Assembly: GCA_963667845.2 (NCBI GenBank)
Contig: CAXXVL010000002.1
Span: forward strand, 2,624,001 to 2,688,000
Reading direction: 5' to 3'
Origin: Smithellaceae bacterium
GTDB taxonomy: Bacteria; Desulfobacterota; Syntrophia; Syntrophales; Smithellaceae
DNA length: 64,000 nucleotides
Shown piece by piece: positions 61,937 to 64,000 of this stretch (position 1 is its first letter; each line of letters begins with the position of its first letter). A program made the position numbers and the translations under genes. Below the pieces are notes generated by a model. It did no database searches, had not been told where the DNA came from, and saw nothing but the letters and a program-made list of their open reading frames with translations.

Positions 61937-62572
61937 ATGACCAAGAAAAAGATATTATCAATCGGCATTATTATTTTATTTTTAATGATCAACGCGCCAA
62001 GTTCTTACGCCGATTCATTGGATAAAATTCAAATCTTAAAAATATCCGCGCGCGATAAACAGGCCATCGTCAAATTGGAAGACGGAAAGATGCTGATTAT
62101 TAAAATGGGAGAGGAAATAATCATCAGGCCCGAGGAAGAGGTCAGTGCAGACGCCAAAGGACAAAGCACGGATAAAAAAATACAGGTGAAAGACGATAAA
62201 GGGAAGAGCGCCAAGCCGGTTCTGCAGCCCGGGCCTGTCAAAAAAGGAAACATGCTAATCCGCAAAGCAAAGGTGGTGGAGATAACGGCAGATACAATTG
62301 TTCTGGAAGAGGTAACCAAAGCGGGCGCCGAAACAATCATCATGAGTTTGAAAAATAATAACGTTCAGAGTTCAGAGCTCAAGATACAGAGTAAGGATAA
62401 CAAAGGACAGAGTTCAAAGTCCGACGTCCGGGATGCAGGCTCGACTACTGAAATTTACAGAATCAGAAAGCAGCCGGATCAACAGGGAAACAATCTGCTC
62501 AGGAGTCAATCGTCGCAGAATGCAGAACGACAACAAATAAACGATAAATTGCCGAACCAGGGCTTAAATTAA
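61937..62572 (+). CDS. Secreted protein with PilP/GspC-HR-like domain
   Basis: Signal peptide; AIVKLEDGKMLIIKMGEEI and KVVEITADTIVLEE patterns split by a low-complexity insert. Confidence 0.55.
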   Translation: MTKKKILSIGIIILFLMINAPSSYADSLDKIQILKISARDKQAIVKLEDGKMLIIKMGEEIIIRPEEEVSADAKGQSTDKKIQVKDDKGKSAKPVLQPGPVKKGNMLIRKAKVVEITADTIVLEEVTKAGAETIIMSLKNNNVQSSELKIQSKDNKGQSSKSDVRDAGSTTEIYRIRKQPDQQGNNLLRSQSSQNAERQQINDKLPNQGLN

Positions 62573-62797
62573 AATAAAAATATCATAGACCCGCGTTACG
62601 CTCCAAAAAAATAAAAAGCAATCTCAGTTAAAAAAACCGATCTGAATAAGAATTCTTAAAAGCGTCAGTGAAATGTTTCAAGGATGAATCGTTTACATAA
62701 ATGCATGGGGGACTATTGCGCCAAGGGCAATGGCGCCTGCTGTGAAGCAACACGACACCCTGGGTCTCTTAACCTATTGTGAAAAAGGGGGTACTTC

Positions 62798-64000
62798 ATG
62801 GACGGAGTATATCGATCGATAACGGATTATGTGAAATATTTGTTTATTGTGTTCGTCGCATTGCTTTCCTTTCCCGCCAATAGTATTGCACAGGAATTCA
62901 CAGCCAAATCCGTCGGCAGTTATGGCAGTATCGCCGTGATGGAGGTTACCGGCAATTATGACGCGAATAATCCCGATGCAGGCATCACGGCCATTCCCCG
63001 GCGGATCATCGCCAACGAATTCTATAAGATCTATAAAGATGAATACGATTTCATCGTTATCTTCTCCAATTTCGATTTCCTGATGCCCAAACCCCAGGCG
63101 CTTGCTTTTTACCACGGTGTCAAGAACGATACGAAAGGCATCGGTGTCCCTTTGTTTGACAATACGGCGCTGTATGGCAGCAACGCGAAATTGCAGGGCA
63201 TGGTGGACATGGGCAATACCGTCGCGCTGGTCTCCGACCCGCTCAGTCCCAAGTTTGAAAATTCGCTCGGTACCCTGTCTCATGAATTGATGCACAGGTG
63301 GTCTGCCTTCGTGAAATTCAAGGGCTTCGACGGTGATCCCAGTTCGGCCTTGCTGGGTGAAGACGGGATGCACTGGAGCTTTCTGCTCGATTCGCGCGGG
63401 TCGTTGATGTATGGAAATCAGTGGCAGGACAATGGCAACGGAACATTCACGTCGATTTCCATGCGAAAAAATTACAGCCCGCTGGATCTTTATCTGATGG
63501 GGTTCATCGACAAAGCCCAGGTGCCGCCGATAATGCTGATTGAAAATTCAGATGTTAACCCGGCCAGGATGCCTGAGCTCGGCGCGACAATCACCGGCAC
63601 GGCGCGCCATATTACAATCGACGAAATCATTGCCTTGGAAGGGGAGCGGATTCCCGCGTCCGCTGATTCTCAGAAGACCTTCAAAATAGCGTTCATCCTG
63701 GTGACCCGGCCGGGCACGTTCAGTGGGAATGAACTGACCGGAATCGAGGTGATGCGGCAGGAATGGCTTAAACGTTATTCCATTCTGACGGACGGCATTG
63801 GTCTGATTGATGTCGATCTGAAGTCCAAAGAAGACATACCGATCGGCGGCGGCTATCCCGATCCGGTTGTCACGCCCCGGCCTTTGCCGCCCAATATTGA
63901 AGACGGTGTCCAGTGGCTGATGGCCAGTCAAAAGACAGAAGGCAACTGGATGGATTTGTCCCGGACAACGGTAAGAGATACAACGGAAACACTACAGGCT
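62798..64000 (+). CDS. Large secreted protein, 3'-truncated: HEXXH zincin-like domain followed by a prenyltransferase/squalene-cyclase-like repeat (absent from ORF track)
   Basis: Open from ATG 62798 to window end (401 codons); signal peptide, YDFIVIFSNF, TLSHELMHRW, YSPLDLYLMG, GVQWLMASQKTEGNW. Confidence 0.82.
   Translation, partial: MDGVYRSITDYVKYLFIVFVALLSFPANSIAQEFTAKSVGSYGSIAVMEVTGNYDANNPDAGITAIPRRIIANEFYKIYKDEYDFIVIFSNFDFLMPKPQALAFYHGVKNDTKGIGVPLFDNTALYGSNAKLQGMVDMGNTVALVSDPLSPKFENSLGTLSHELMHRWSAFVKFKGFDGDPSSALLGEDGMHWSFLLDSRGSLMYGNQWQDNGNGTFTSISMRKNYSPLDLYLMGFIDKAQVPPIMLIENSDVNPARMPELGATITGTARHITIDEIIALEGERIPASADSQKTFKIAFILVTRPGTFSGNELTGIEVMRQEWLKRYSILTDGIGLIDVDLKSKEDIPIGGGYPDPVVTPRPLPPNIEDGVQWLMASQKTEGNWMDLSRTTVRDTTETLQA

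Overview
Bacterial chromosome window; gene content and protein style suggest an anaerobic syntrophic Desulfobacterota (Syntrophaceae/Smithella-like; inference). Bases 1-46.5 kb are mostly core or metabolic. They include a Sir2/NRDE/Nudix/HDAC cluster, Fe-S/DUF362 genes, thiolase/ECH/nitroreductase/AcuI, tRNA-Asn, FrhB-like-iorAB, fprA-rubredoxin-rubrerythrin and mutS. Next come an HK/sigma54-activator/receiver/degenerate GAF-GspE module, an MCP, rpoH, dac-clpB and ispE-tRNA-Gln-prs-rplY-pth-hppA. A CoA-transferase and a TAXI-TRAP transporter close this part. Bases 46.6-64 kb are an accessory island and the main candidate for an undescribed system. It carries an orphan GspD-type secretin and a signal-peptide transglutaminase-like ORF joined by a -1 frame offset (A-AAA-AAC) to a 2521-aa Ig/YD/RHS protein with a low-GC GHG...WAAC toxin tip. 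These are followed by a probable immunity gene, a PilP/GspC-like protein and the start of a large secreted HEXXH protein. Split ends of a RAYT-like element bracket the secretin-toxin-immunity block, and an intact IS3 has inserted into one of those ends. Non-coding structure includes ACCTTG[A/C] heptamer arrays, a ~108-bp dispersed repeat in two copies, and a GTAG-type REP-like hairpin. All family calls come from motif recognition by eye; no database search was run.
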